Shown in pieces: positions 31,471 to 32,000 of a stretch of 32,000 nt of DNA (position 1 is its first letter; each line of letters starts with the position of its first letter). This DNA comes from Cupriavidus necator (GTDB lineage: Bacteria; Pseudomonadota; Gammaproteobacteria; Burkholderiales; Burkholderiaceae). Under the pieces are notes generated by a model. That model made no database searches, was not told where the DNA came from, and saw only the letters and a list, made by a program, of their open reading frames with translations. The stretch covers positions 3,660,001 to 3,692,000 of the forward strand of contig NZ_CP066018.1 of NCBI RefSeq assembly GCF_016127575.1. Reading direction: 5' to 3'. The position numbers were made by a program, and so were the translations under genes.

Positions 31471-32000
31471 ATGACTATCCAGCTTTCGCGCCGGCGCCTG
31501 CTGCAGGCGGCGTGCGGCGCCGTGCCGGCAATGCTTGTGCCGTCCTTGCTGCGGGCTGAAGCGCCCTATCCGGGCAACCCGATCGTCGTCAAGGTCGCAT
31601 TTCCCGCTGGGGGTCCGGCGGACGAATCGATCCGCGCGGCAGCCGTCGTGATGAAAAGGAGCCTGGGGCAGAACGTTCTTGCCGACAACCTTCCCGGCGC
31701 AAGCGGATCGATCTGCGCCATGAACGTGCTGCGCGGTGCCAACGATGGCTACACCTTGCTGGGCACGACCGGCATCGACTTCCTGGTCGCGCCACTTACC
31801 ATCGCATCGGCGAAGTATTCGCCGGAGAAGTTCAGGCTGGCAGGCTTCAGCGGGATTTCGGACTTCATCCTGGTGTCGAATCCCTCGTTGCAGTTCAAGA
31901 ACGTCGACGAAGTCATTGCCTACGCGAAGAACCCGAAGAACCGCCCGCTGTCGCTGGCGCATTGGGGCCCTGGCTCGGGACCCCACCTGGTCGGGGCCGA
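31471..32000 (+). CDS. Bug-family (TctC-like) tripartite tricarboxylate transporter substrate-binding protein, 5' part (runs off the window)
   Basis: This ORF is not in the supplied track because it has no stop inside the window. ATG 31471 has GGAGA at 31461-31465. MTIQLSRRRLLQAACGAVPAMLVPSLLRAEA is a Tat/Sec-type signal, followed by PYPGNPIVVKVAFPAGGPADE..LPGASGSI..DGYTLLG, the Bug-family core. Confidence 0.85.
   Translation, partial: MTIQLSRRRLLQAACGAVPAMLVPSLLRAEAPYPGNPIVVKVAFPAGGPADESIRAAAVVMKRSLGQNVLADNLPGASGSICAMNVLRGANDGYTLLGTTGIDFLVAPLTIASAKYSPEKFRLAGFSGISDFILVSNPSLQFKNVDEVIAYAKNPKNRPLSLAHWGPGSGPHLVGA

Noticed and set aside
1-32000. Search by eye for CRISPR arrays, tRNA/rRNA genes, toxin-antitoxin pairs or recognisable phage-defence genes
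   Set aside because: I noticed no regularly spaced direct repeats, no cloverleaf-like or rRNA-like segments, and no small paired ORFs or nuclease/ATPase defence signatures. This absence is based on visual inspection only.

Overview
High-GC DNA, roughly two-thirds G+C by eye. The gene content (Bug/TctC-type solute receptor, IS407-like and IS30-like elements, many LysR/TetR/MFS genes) suggests a Burkholderiales replicon of the Cupriavidus/Ralstonia type; this is inference only. I saw no rRNA, tRNA or CRISPR. The window is a mosaic of three apparently functional modules separated by two stretches of decayed mobile DNA and gene remnants.

Module A (1-2135): a translationally coupled set (a possible cupin 3' end, an AhpD/CMD-like gene, a ferritin-like di-iron gene), plus an Fe-S hydro-lyase beta-subunit gene cut at an IS boundary.

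Decayed stretch 1 (2136-7740): a decayed IS3/IS407-like element; two inverted halves of an IS30-type transposase that bracket an intact MFS/HxlR pair and a truncated cupin; an inactive tyrosine-recombinase remnant; and a nonsense- and frameshift-bearing sensor kinase.

Module B (7744-15963): a LysR gene divergent from six genes (ACS-type MFS, creatininase-family, RidA, M20 carbamoylase-type hydrolase, a second ACS-type MFS, amidase). This is a candidate uncharacterised cyclic-amide/ureide catabolic operon.

Decayed stretch 2 (15964-17840): an IS3-type remnant, a secreted protein of unknown function, and a frameshifted GST-zeta remnant fused in frame to an RND-permease tail.

Module C (17841-32000): an AAHS-type MFS gene with xdhC; three regulators (TetR, HxlR, TetR); and a CoxG/S/L/M-like molybdenum hydroxylase with the form-II AYRGAGR motif, so not a true CO dehydrogenase. 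This set is divergent from a thiolase/crotonase/acyl-CoA ligase/Bug receptor operon. A conserved 21-bp box occurs four times in the two promoter regions of module C.

The most interesting items are the module B gene combination, the possible CoA-linked heteroaromatic-acid hydroxylation logic of module C, and the shared 21-bp box. All functional calls rest on motif recognition by eye, not on database searches.
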